Below the pieces are notes generated by a model. The model saw only the letters and a program-made list of their open reading frames with translations. It ran no database searches and was not told the DNA's origin. Shown one piece after another: positions 45,120 to 53,231 of a DNA stretch of 64,000 nucleotides (position 1 is the first letter of the stretch; the number at the start of each line of letters is the position of its first letter). This stretch comes from Patescibacteria group bacterium (GTDB taxonomy: Bacteria; Patescibacteriota; Patescibacteriia; Patescibacteriales; UBA12465): contig JBAZTY010000002.1 of assembly GCA_041661685.1 (NCBI GenBank), forward strand, positions 93,126-157,125, in the 5' to 3' direction. A program made the position numbers and the translations under genes.

Positions 45120-47175
45120 TATTATGTCCGAAACTATCAGCAAGTTAATCAAAAGATCCGGCGAAATCGTCGACTTTGATCAGGATAAGATCAGTAAGGC
45201 TATTTATAAGGCTGGTTTAGCGGTGGGCGTTGATGATCGCCATCTGGCGAAGAAGCTGACTGATCAGGTCGCGATGCGTTTGAATCAGAAATTCCATAAG
45301 AACAGCATTCCGGCGGTTGAAGAAGTCCAGGATATCGTGGAAGAGATATTGATCGAGAGCAAATTGATTAAGATCGCTAAAGCTTATATCTTATATCGTG
45401 ACCAGCATCGCCAATTGCGCGATATTAATACCTCTACTTCAGATGATAAACTTTTAGAAGACTATCTGGGCCGGGCTGATTGGCGCTTGAAAGAGAATAG
45501 CAATATGAGTTTTTCTGTCCAGGGTTTGAATAATTATATTGCTTCTTCTATCTCCGCTCGTTATTGGCTTAATAAGATGTATCCGGAAAATATTCGCGCC
45601 GCTCATATCAACGGTGATATTCATATCCATGATTTAGGTCTGCTGGCTCCTTATTGCTGCGGCTGGGATCTGAAGGACTTATTATTGCGCGGCTTTCGCG
45701 GCGTTAGCGAAAAAGTTCAAAGCAATGCGCCGAAACATTTTCGGAGCGCGTTAGGCCAGATTATTAATTTCTTCTATACTCTTCAGGGTGAAGCGGCTGG
45801 CGCCCAGGCTTTCGCTAATTTCGATACCTATCTCGCGCCGTTTATCCGTTATGATAATTTGAGTTTCAAGGAGGTTAAACAAGGCTTGCAGGAATTCATG
45901 TTCAATATCAATGTCCCGACCCGCGTCGGCTTCCAGACTCCGTTTACGAATATCACGCTCGACGTGACTCCGTCCCCGATGATCGGCGAAGAGAACGTCA
46001 TTATTGGCGGTGAAGTCATGTCAGAAAAATATAAGGATTTTCAGCCGGAAATGGATATGTTCAATCAGGCTTTCGCCGAAGTCATGCTGGCCGGCGATTC
46101 TTCCGGACGCGTCTTTGGCTTCCCGATTCCGACTTATAATATCGATAAAGATTTTGATTGGGATAGAGAATGTTTGAAACCGGCCTGGGAGATGACCGCT
46201 AAATATGGTATTCCTTATTTCTCTAATTTCGTTAATTCCGATATGAATCGCGACGACGCGCGTTCAATGTGCTGCCGCTTGAGGCTTGATAATCGCGAGT
46301 TACGCAAGCGCGGCGGCGGACTGTTCGGCGCTAATCCTTTGACCGGATCTCTCGGAGTTGTGACTCTGAATCTGGCTAGAGTCGGGTATCTGTCTAAGAG
46401 CAAGGAAGAATTCAAAGAACGGATTACTAAATTAATGGAAATTTCTAAAGAGAGCTTAGAGATCAAGCGCAAGATTATCGAGAAGTTTACTGAAGATCGC
46501 CTCTATCCTTACTCAATGTTCTATCTCGAGAATATCAAGGCTCACTTCGGAACCTATTGGAAGAATCATTTTTCGACTATCGGCATCAACGGCATGAACG
46601 AAGCGGCTCTGAATCTGATGGGTAAGGATATCGCCACTCCGGAAGGCCACGCTTTTGCGGCCGAGATCCTTGATTTCATGCGCGAAAAATTAATGGACTT
46701 TCAGAACGAGACCAATAATCTTTATAATTTGGAAGCGACTCCGGGCGAGGGCTGTACCTATCGTTTCGCTAAGAAGGATCAGCAGCTTTATCCGGGCATA
46801 ATCTGTGCTAATACTGAGGCGGTCAAGCGCCAGGGCGCCGACCCGTATTATACGAATTCGACTCATCTGCATGTTAATTTTTCTGATGATATCTTTTCCG
46901 CCCTCGATCTTCAGGACGACTTGCAGACTAAGTACACCGGCGGTACCGTTCTTCACGGTTATTTAGGAGAACGTTTGCCTGACGGCGAAACGGCGAAGAG
47001 ATTGGTCAAGAAGATCGTCGAATCTTATCGCTTGCCTTACTTTACTATCACTCCGACTTTCTCGATCTGCCCGAAGCATGGCTATCTGTCCGGAGAACAT
47101 AAATATTGCCCTAAATGCGATGAGGAAATTGGCTATAAAGAGAGCGTGGCTGAGGTTCGTGCCGTTAATCAGTAA
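45106..47175 (+). CDS. nrdD: anaerobic (class III) ribonucleoside-triphosphate reductase, large piece lacking the glycyl-radical segment
   Basis: N-terminal ATP-cone (LIKRSGEIVDFDQDKISKAIYKA) and an NrdD core (..CCGWDL.., ..SMCCRLRLD.., ..NLEATPGEG..). It ends just after a single CPKC pair and contains no RV.GY-type glycyl radical motif. An alternative ATG lies at 45124. Confidence 0.9.
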   Translation: MKRNNIMSETISKLIKRSGEIVDFDQDKISKAIYKAGLAVGVDDRHLAKKLTDQVAMRLNQKFHKNSIPAVEEVQDIVEEILIESKLIKIAKAYILYRDQHRQLRDINTSTSDDKLLEDYLGRADWRLKENSNMSFSVQGLNNYIASSISARYWLNKMYPENIRAAHINGDIHIHDLGLLAPYCCGWDLKDLLLRGFRGVSEKVQSNAPKHFRSALGQIINFFYTLQGEAAGAQAFANFDTYLAPFIRYDNLSFKEVKQGLQEFMFNINVPTRVGFQTPFTNITLDVTPSPMIGEENVIIGGEVMSEKYKDFQPEMDMFNQAFAEVMLAGDSSGRVFGFPIPTYNIDKDFDWDRECLKPAWEMTAKYGIPYFSNFVNSDMNRDDARSMCCRLRLDNRELRKRGGGLFGANPLTGSLGVVTLNLARVGYLSKSKEEFKERITKLMEISKESLEIKRKIIEKFTEDRLYPYSMFYLENIKAHFGTYWKNHFSTIGINGMNEAALNLMGKDIATPEGHAFAAEILDFMREKLMDFQNETNNLYNLEATPGEGCTYRFAKKDQQLYPGIICANTEAVKRQGADPYYTNSTHLHVNFSDDIFSALDLQDDLQTKYTGGTVLHGYLGERLPDGETAKRLVKKIVESYRLPYFTITPTFSICPKHGYLSGEHKYCPKCDEEIGYKESVAEVRAVNQ

Positions 47176-47238
47176 TTGGTAATCAGTCAATAGCTGATAT
47201 TTGTAATTTAAATAGATATAATTTATAATGATAATAAT

Positions 47239-47376
47239 ATGAGTCCAATACAGACACAAAGACAGGAATGCATCGTCTATAGCCGTGTTGTCGGCTGGCT
47301 TACTCCGGTGAAGAATTATAACCCGGGAAAAGCCGCTGAGTATAAGGACCGGAAGACGTTCAAGGTTTGCGAATAA
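47239..47376 (+). CDS. stand-alone NrdD glycyl-radical C-terminal segment (45 aa; not in the ORF track)
   Basis: MSPIQTQRQECIVYSRVVGWLTPVKNYNPGKAAEYKDRKTFKVCE carries the class III RNR C-terminal signature (ysRv.G[YW]..pv..wN.GK..E...Rk.f). It is in the same frame as nrdD but separated from it by TAA, TAG and TAA. Confidence 0.7.
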   Translation: MSPIQTQRQECIVYSRVVGWLTPVKNYNPGKAAEYKDRKTFKVCE

Positions 47377-47387
47377 ATTAAAAAGCT

Positions 47388-48113
47388 ATGATAATTGGCG
47401 GTTTAGAGAAATTAACCCTTCTTGACTACCCTGATCATCTAGCGGCCATAATCTTCACCCAAGGATGTAATTTCCGTTGCCACTTCTGCTACAACCCTTT
47501 GCTTGTCCTGCCCCTTGAGGGAGGGGACGAAAAAAATAAAAAAGAAAAAGGTTTTTCCGCGATTTCCCATGAAGACCTTTTTCTTTTTTTAACGGAAAGA
47601 TTCGGCCGCCTGGAAGGAGTCGTCATCACCGGCGGGGAGCCGACTCTGCACCCCGACCTGCCCGACTTCATCAGGAAGATCAAAGAGATCGGTTATCTCG
47701 TAAAATTAGATACGAACGGCACTAATCCCGACATGCTCGCCGGGCTTATTAAGGCTAAGCTCATCGACTATATCGCCATGGATTTGAAGGCGCCTTTAGC
47801 GAGATATAGCGAGGTTGTCGGCGTGAGTCTCGACTGTAAAAATATCGAAAAAAGTGTTAAGATGATAATTGAGAGCGGTTTACCCTATGAATTCCGGACG
47901 ACCGTCGTTCCCGGTTTGCTTAGCCAGGATGATTTTGAAGCGATGGGCAAATCTATCCAGGGAGCCAAAAAATGGTATCTCCAGAATTTTAAATCTGATA
48001 CTGGATTAGTTGATAATGATTTTAAGGAGAAGCCCGGTTATAGCTCTAAAGAGATGGCGGAGTTCGCCGCTATCGGCCGCAAGCACGTGGATCTTTGCGA
48101 GGTGCGCGGATAA
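47388..48113 (+). CDS. nrdG: anaerobic ribonucleotide reductase activating protein (radical SAM)
   Basis: LLDYPDHLAAIIFTQGCNFRCHFCYNP (CxxxCxxC) and VVITGGEPTL. Confidence 0.9.
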   Translation: MIIGGLEKLTLLDYPDHLAAIIFTQGCNFRCHFCYNPLLVLPLEGGDEKNKKEKGFSAISHEDLFLFLTERFGRLEGVVITGGEPTLHPDLPDFIRKIKEIGYLVKLDTNGTNPDMLAGLIKAKLIDYIAMDLKAPLARYSEVVGVSLDCKNIEKSVKMIIESGLPYEFRTTVVPGLLSQDDFEAMGKSIQGAKKWYLQNFKSDTGLVDNDFKEKPGYSSKEMAEFAAIGRKHVDLCEVRG

Positions 48114-48122
48114 CTTTATAAT

Positions 48123-48362
48123 ATGTCGGAAATAAATAAGATAGAATTAGAAAAATTAGAAGGATTATTGCAAGATAATCTTAAGAGCAGCGCGGAAGTG
48201 CTTCAGGCCGTCAATTCCATCAAGAAGTATATACGCTGGCAGCAGGTTTGGAGTACGCTGCGCTTCTTCCTTATCGCTGTTCCGATTGCCCTCGGCTTCA
48301 TTTATCTCCCGCCGCTTATAAAAGACGCGCTCCAGAGCTATAAGACTTTCCTCATTAACTAA
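48123..48362 (+). CDS. hypothetical small membrane protein
   Basis: 79 aa with a coiled N-terminus and one TM helix (LRFFLIAVPIALGFIYLPPLI). Confidence 0.5.
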   Translation: MSEINKIELEKLEGLLQDNLKSSAEVLQAVNSIKKYIRWQQVWSTLRFFLIAVPIALGFIYLPPLIKDALQSYKTFLIN

Positions 48363-48391
48363 GCAAGACATTTTAATTAAGACTTTTTCTT

Positions 48392-50272
48392 ATGCAGGAT
48401 ATTGCGGTCTTCGCTCAGACAACTTATCGCAACGAATTCAAAAGATTCGGAATTAAGACCGACGACCGCCGCCGGCATATGTATTTGATTGGGAAAACAG
48501 GCATGGGCAAATCCACTATCCTAGAAAATATGATTGTGGATGATATTCGTGCCGGGCATGGCGTTGCCGTTGTCGATCCGCATGGTGATCTGGCTGAAAA
48601 GATTATCGAGTTCATCCCTGAAGACCGGATCAAGGACGTCGTTTATTTTAATCCGTCGGATATAAATTTTCCGATTGCTTTTAACGTCGTGGAGCAAGTC
48701 GAGCCGCATCTGCGTCATCTCGTCGCTTCCGGTCTGATCGGCGTCTTCCAGAAATTATGGGCGGATTCTTGGGGCCCTCGTTTGGAATATATTTTGCGCA
48801 ACGCTATCTTGGCGATTCTGGATTTTCCCGGTTCGACGATTTTGGGCGTCGTGCGCATGCTGTCCGATAAGAATTACCGCAAGCGCGTCGTTGCTAACAT
48901 TAAAGACCCAGTGGTCAAGGCTTTTTGGGAGAAGGAATTTTCCGGTTATGCTGATAAGTTCGCTTCCGAGGCCGTTTCTCCTATTCAGAATAAGGTTGGT
49001 CAATTTTTATCCAGCTCTTTGATGAGAAATATTATTGGTCAGGTAAGGTCATCCATTGATATCCGCGAAATCATGGATAATGGCAAGATCTTGATTATGA
49101 ATTTATCTAAGGGCCGCATCGGCGAAGATAATTCGGCCTTGTTAGGCGCGATGATGATTACGAAGATTCAATTAGCGGCCATGAGCCGCGTTGATATTCC
49201 GGAAAAAGAACGCCGTGATTTTTTCTTATACATTGACGAATTTCAGAATTTTTCAACCGACAGTTTCGCTAATATCTTATCGGAAGCCCGTAAATATCGC
49301 TTGAGTTTGATTTTAGCGCATCAGTATATCGAACAACTGAGCGAGAAAGTTAAGCCGGCTGTTTTCGGCAATGTCGGCACGATGGTTGTTTTTCGGGTCG
49401 GCGCGGCTGACGCTGAAGAGCTGGTTAAAGAATTCACTCCGACTTTTACCGAAGAAGATATTGTTAATCTGCCTAAGTATGAGATGTATCTGAAATTGAT
49501 GATCGACGGCATTTCTTCTTCGCCTTTTTCGGCCAAAGGCTTGCCGCCGCTCACAGAAGCGGAAAAGACAGGCAACACTCAGAAGGTGATTGATTATTCT
49601 CGCGAGCATTATGCTTCCGACAGGGAATCGGTCGAAGAAAAGATTATGAGCTGGCATGAGAATACCGGAGAAGAAACTGCGCCTACTCCAGTTCTAGCTT
49701 CGACGTCGGCTTATCGCGCATCAAACCCGGTCGCTGCGCCAGATCATTCTTTTCCTGCTCCGGCCGCCGTTCCAGTTCCGCGTCCCGCGCAATCTTTCCA
49801 ACCTTCGGCTCCTGCTCCAGTTTCGCCAGCTTCGCCCCGTCCAGCCTTGAAGAAAGCGACTGTCGGCGGCTATACGGCTATCTGTAATTCTTGCGGCCAA
49901 GAAACAACAACTGTCTTTGAACCGGATGGAGTCCGCCCGGTCTATTGCCGCGATTGTCTCAGTAAAAAAAAAGAAGAGAAACGCCAGGATCTAGAAAAGC
50001 GTCAATTAGCCAAGATAGAAGAAAGGCGCCGCGTCGATGAGGTAGATAAGAAGAAAGAGAACATCCCGACCTTGTCTCTCAGCGATTTGACAAAAGTAGC
50101 GCCGCGCGATTTTCGCGGCCGTGAAATAAAAGCTAGGCCGGCCGCGGCGACAGCCCCAGCTCCAGCCAAAAAAGAACAAAAGTCTTCCGACTGGAAAGAT
50201 ATCCCTTTCCCCGAACTTCCTTATAAGGAGATGGAATTGAAAGAAGACGAAGACATCACTCTTAAGAATTGA
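48392..50272 (+). CDS. VirD4/TraG/TraD-like (T4SS coupling-protein-type) ATPase with C-terminal CxxC..CxxC zinc ribbon
   Basis: Walker A LIGKTGMGKSTI, Walker B FFLYIDEFQNF, and LILAHQYIEQL. A Pro/Ala-rich linker leads to CNSCGQETTTVFEPDGVRPVYCRDC. Confidence 0.75.
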   Translation: MQDIAVFAQTTYRNEFKRFGIKTDDRRRHMYLIGKTGMGKSTILENMIVDDIRAGHGVAVVDPHGDLAEKIIEFIPEDRIKDVVYFNPSDINFPIAFNVVEQVEPHLRHLVASGLIGVFQKLWADSWGPRLEYILRNAILAILDFPGSTILGVVRMLSDKNYRKRVVANIKDPVVKAFWEKEFSGYADKFASEAVSPIQNKVGQFLSSSLMRNIIGQVRSSIDIREIMDNGKILIMNLSKGRIGEDNSALLGAMMITKIQLAAMSRVDIPEKERRDFFLYIDEFQNFSTDSFANILSEARKYRLSLILAHQYIEQLSEKVKPAVFGNVGTMVVFRVGAADAEELVKEFTPTFTEEDIVNLPKYEMYLKLMIDGISSSPFSAKGLPPLTEAEKTGNTQKVIDYSREHYASDRESVEEKIMSWHENTGEETAPTPVLASTSAYRASNPVAAPDHSFPAPAAVPVPRPAQSFQPSAPAPVSPASPRPALKKATVGGYTAICNSCGQETTTVFEPDGVRPVYCRDCLSKKKEEKRQDLEKRQLAKIEERRRVDEVDKKKENIPTLSLSDLTKVAPRDFRGREIKARPAAATAPAPAKKEQKSSDWKDIPFPELPYKEMELKEDEDITLKN

Positions 50273-50275
50273 TTT

Positions 50276-50848
50276 ATGTATTTATTCTTTGATACGGAAA
50301 CAACCGGTCTGCCGAAGAATTATCAAGCGCCGCTTGATGATTTTTCAAATTGGCCGCGGATAGTCCAGATTTCTTGGAGTCTGTATGACGAGGACGGAAA
50401 TCATTGGGAGAGCCAGAATTATATTATCAAGCCCAACGGTTTCGTTATCTCTGATGAAGTAGCTAAAATTCATCGTATCACTCAGGAGCGCGCCTTAAAA
50501 GAAGGTGTCGATTTGCCGATCGCCCTGAATCATTTTTTGCGCGATGTGAAGAGCGCTAATTACCTAGTCGCGCATAATATCGATTTCGACGAGAAGATCG
50601 TCGGGGCAGAATTACTCAGAGAGAATCTCGATAATTGTATCACTGGCGCTAATAAGATCTGCACGATGAAAAGCAGCGTCCAGTTCTGTAAACTGCCGAG
50701 CGCCCGTGGCGGTTATAAATGGCCTAATCTGACGGAATTATATCAATGCTTATTTCAAACTAATTTTCCCGATGCCCATGATGCCGTCTTCGACGTCAAA
50801 GCTTGCGCGGAATGCTTTTTTGAGCTAAAAAGAAGGGGCGCTATTTAG
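50276..50848 (+). CDS. DEDDh 3'-5' exonuclease (DnaQ/epsilon-like)
   Basis: Exo I LFFDTETTGLP, Exo II VAHNIDFDEKIV and Exo III HDAVFDV. Confidence 0.85.
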   Translation: MYLFFDTETTGLPKNYQAPLDDFSNWPRIVQISWSLYDEDGNHWESQNYIIKPNGFVISDEVAKIHRITQERALKEGVDLPIALNHFLRDVKSANYLVAHNIDFDEKIVGAELLRENLDNCITGANKICTMKSSVQFCKLPSARGGYKWPNLTELYQCLFQTNFPDAHDAVFDVKACAECFFELKRRGAI

Positions 50849-50862
50849 ATTACCTCTTAAAT

Positions 50863-52461
50863 ATGGACAAAACCATTGATTATCTCAAAATCGGCAAGGC
50901 GACGGATTTAGTCGGTCGTGATCGCAAGATTTATCGAATATTAGAAATATTTCCCGGAGCTTTTTCTATCGGGACTCTCGTCGGTTTAGCCGTGTTATCT
51001 TATTTTAATCCAGTTCTCGTCGCCTATCTCATTATCGCCTTTGATGTTTATTGGCTATTATTAGTCATTTACATGGCGATTTTTTTAATTACTTCATATC
51101 GCCGCCTGAAACAAGGAATGAGAACCGACTGGAAAGGGAAATGCGAAGCTTTATCCCGAGGCGAATTTGATTCGGCCAAAGTCGCCAGCGATGCCCTTAT
51201 TAGGAAGGGTCTGAAGCCGGATGACGTCTGGCAATTAGTGGTTCTTCCAACTTACGAAGAAAGCGTGGTTATATTATCAGAGTGCTTGCAATCATTGATT
51301 GATGACGGCTTCAGGACCGATCATATGATAGTCGCTCTTACTTTCGAAGAAAGAGCGGGTGTTGCAGCCGCTCAAGAGCGGGCGGCCGCCATCAAGGAAA
51401 AATTTAATGATAAGTTCGGACGCCTCTTCGTCACTTTTCATCCGGATGGGCTGGTTGGAGAACTGAAGGGCAAGGGAGCGAACCAGGCTTGGTGCGCCCG
51501 GAAGGTGAGAGAGGAGATCATTAATCCGGAAAATTTTGATGAATCTAAAATATTAGTTAGCGTCTTTGATGTCGATACCGTCGTTAAGCCGGGATATTTT
51601 TCCGCACTGACTTATACTTTTTTGACCGTGACTGATCCCTATCACGCCAGCTATCAACCGGTTCCGGTCTATCAGAATAATATCTGGAATGCGCCTTTTT
51701 TCTCTCGAGTAGCCGCGACTTCTAATACTTTCTGGCAGATGGTCATGCAGATCCGCCAAGAAAGCTTAGTCACTTATTCTTCACATTCCATGACCTGGCA
51801 GGCCCTGAAAGAGATTGGTTTCTGGGGAACTAAAAATGTTTCTGAAGACTCTCGCATTTTCTGGCATTGCCTGATGTATTATAACGGCCATTATCGCGTT
51901 GAACCGATTCATTTCGAGGTTTCCATGGATATCACTAGCGGCGCCAATATGTGGCAAACGGCCAAGAGTCTCTATAAGCAGCAGCGTCGCTGGGCTTGGG
52001 GCGGAGAAAATATTCCTTATCTGATTTTTAATGCTTCTAAACGTTGGAAGAACAAAGATTTAGACAAGAGTAAAATTATCGGGCATATTATCATTCAGGT
52101 TTATGGTTTTCATGCTTGGGCGACCAGCGCCGTTATTATTGGCGGTATCGGCTGGCTGCCGATGCTTCTCGGTGGCGATCGTTTCAATTCTACCGTGCTT
52201 TCCGGTAATCTGCCCTATGTGACTCAGAATCTGATGAATTTCGCTTTAATTGGCATGGTCTTATCGGCTGTCATTTCCGCCCTGCTCTTGCCGAAGAAGC
52301 CTGCAGGTTATAAATTTGGGAAGAAGATCTTTATGACCTTAGAATGGGTAGTCGTTCCGGTTACTATAGTCATCTTCGGTGCTGTCCCTTGTTTAGAAGC
52401 GCAGATAAGACTGATGCGCGGTAAATATATGGGTTTCTGGGTAACTCCGAAGGTGCGCTAA
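50863..52461 (+). CDS. membrane-embedded processive family 2 glycosyltransferase (cellulose/chitin-synthase-like)
   Basis: Flanking TM helices, VFDVDT, SEDSRIFW and the processive-GT2 signature KQQRRWAWG (QxxRW). Confidence 0.75.
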   Translation: MDKTIDYLKIGKATDLVGRDRKIYRILEIFPGAFSIGTLVGLAVLSYFNPVLVAYLIIAFDVYWLLLVIYMAIFLITSYRRLKQGMRTDWKGKCEALSRGEFDSAKVASDALIRKGLKPDDVWQLVVLPTYEESVVILSECLQSLIDDGFRTDHMIVALTFEERAGVAAAQERAAAIKEKFNDKFGRLFVTFHPDGLVGELKGKGANQAWCARKVREEIINPENFDESKILVSVFDVDTVVKPGYFSALTYTFLTVTDPYHASYQPVPVYQNNIWNAPFFSRVAATSNTFWQMVMQIRQESLVTYSSHSMTWQALKEIGFWGTKNVSEDSRIFWHCLMYYNGHYRVEPIHFEVSMDITSGANMWQTAKSLYKQQRRWAWGGENIPYLIFNASKRWKNKDLDKSKIIGHIIIQVYGFHAWATSAVIIGGIGWLPMLLGGDRFNSTVLSGNLPYVTQNLMNFALIGMVLSAVISALLLPKKPAGYKFGKKIFMTLEWVVVPVTIVIFGAVPCLEAQIRLMRGKYMGFWVTPKVR

Positions 52462-52487
52462 ATTTAAAACTTGCTCTAAATAAGCCT

Positions 52488-52517
52488 AAAAACGCGCTAT
52501 CCTCGGCGCGTTTTTTT
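52488..52517 (+). terminator. rho-independent terminator
   Basis: aaaaacgcgc / gcgcgttttt stem with an 8-nt loop and T7. Confidence 0.8.
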
Positions 52518-52534
52518 ATGCTATAATAAATAAC

Positions 52535-52966
52535 ATGATAAAAAATAGGCTTAGCTCTCGTCCGCGAGTGGCTAGCTTCGGCACCAAGCCGAATAATTCC
52601 TGGTATCGATTTTTTTCCAGCCAGCGTTTCTTAGCGCTTATCGGCCTGGTTTTTTTAGTGGTTGTCATCTTTCCGCTGGCTCGGACCTATAGCCAGAGGC
52701 AGTTAGTGGAAAAAGAAGTGGCGGACGTGAAGAAGCAGATCAGCGAATACGAAAGCCAGAACCAGCAGCTCAAGGATCTGGCTCTGTATCTGCAATCAGA
52801 ACAATCATTGGAAGAACAAGCGCGCCTGAATCTGAACCTGAAAAAGCCGGGAGAGGCTGTTATCGTCATCGAGGACGCTAAGAATAATGTCATTTCGACT
52901 AACGCCAGTTCTTCCGAAGAGAATGTCAGTAATCTGACGAAATGGTGGCGCTATTATTTTAATTAA
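52535..52966 (+). CDS. FtsB/DivIC-like septum formation initiator
   Basis: One TM helix followed by a coiled coil (LVEKEVADVKKQISEYESQNQQLKDLALYLQSEQSLEEQARLNLNLKKPGEAVIVI). Confidence 0.7.
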   Translation: MIKNRLSSRPRVASFGTKPNNSWYRFFSSQRFLALIGLVFLVVVIFPLARTYSQRQLVEKEVADVKKQISEYESQNQQLKDLALYLQSEQSLEEQARLNLNLKKPGEAVIVIEDAKNNVISTNASSSEENVSNLTKWWRYYFN

Positions 52967-53003
52967 AAAACGGCCTGAGCCTGGGCAGGCTGAAGCCGTT
53001 TAT
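52965..53003. terminator. possible bidirectional terminator between the ftsB-like gene and the tRNA pair
   Basis: Imperfect hairpin aaacggcctgagcc..ggctgaagccgttt flanked by A and T runs. Confidence 0.4.
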
Positions 53004-53006
53004 CTG

Positions 53007-53079
53007 AGCCGAAGAGGGGAATCGGACCCCTGACCTACGCGTTACGAGTGCGTTGCTCTACCAGCTGAGCTACTTCGGC
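53007..53079 (-). tRNA. tRNA-Thr (anticodon CGT), no encoded CCA
   Basis: The reverse complement folds as GCCGAAG-TA-GCTC-AGCTGGTA-GAGC-A-ACGCA-CTCGTAA-CGCGT-AGGTC-AGGGG-TCCGATT-CCCCT-CTTCGGC-T. Position 31-39 is an A-C mismatch. Confidence 0.85.
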
Positions 53080-53097
53080 ATCTGGTTTAAAAAATAG

Positions 53098-53169
53098 AGC
53101 GGGTGAGCGGAATCGGACCGCCTTCCTCAGCTTGGGAAGCTGATGTAATAACCATTATACGACACCCGC
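53098..53169 (-). tRNA. tRNA-Gly (anticodon CCC), no encoded CCA
   Basis: The reverse complement folds as GCGGGTG-TC-GTAT-AATGGTTA-TTAC-A-TCAGC-TTCCCAA-GCTGA-GGAA-GGCGG-TCCGATT-CCGCT-CACCCGC-T. Confidence 0.85.
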
Positions 53170-53231
53170 AGCTTATACTACCCGTCCGCTTAAATCTTAA
53201 TCATTATAGTCTTAAAAAACGACTTTAGTCA

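Noticed and set aside
47173-47253. Translational bypassing, an intron or an intein joining the two nrdD pieces. A CAG codon precedes the stop and an in-frame CAG lies at 47251. A small hairpin atcag/ctgat follows the stop.
   Set aside because: The spacer is far too short for a group I/II intron or an intein. The take-off/landing match is a single common codon. I have no evidence beyond resemblance to phage T4 gene 60, so it stays an untested alternative inside the split-nrdD finding.
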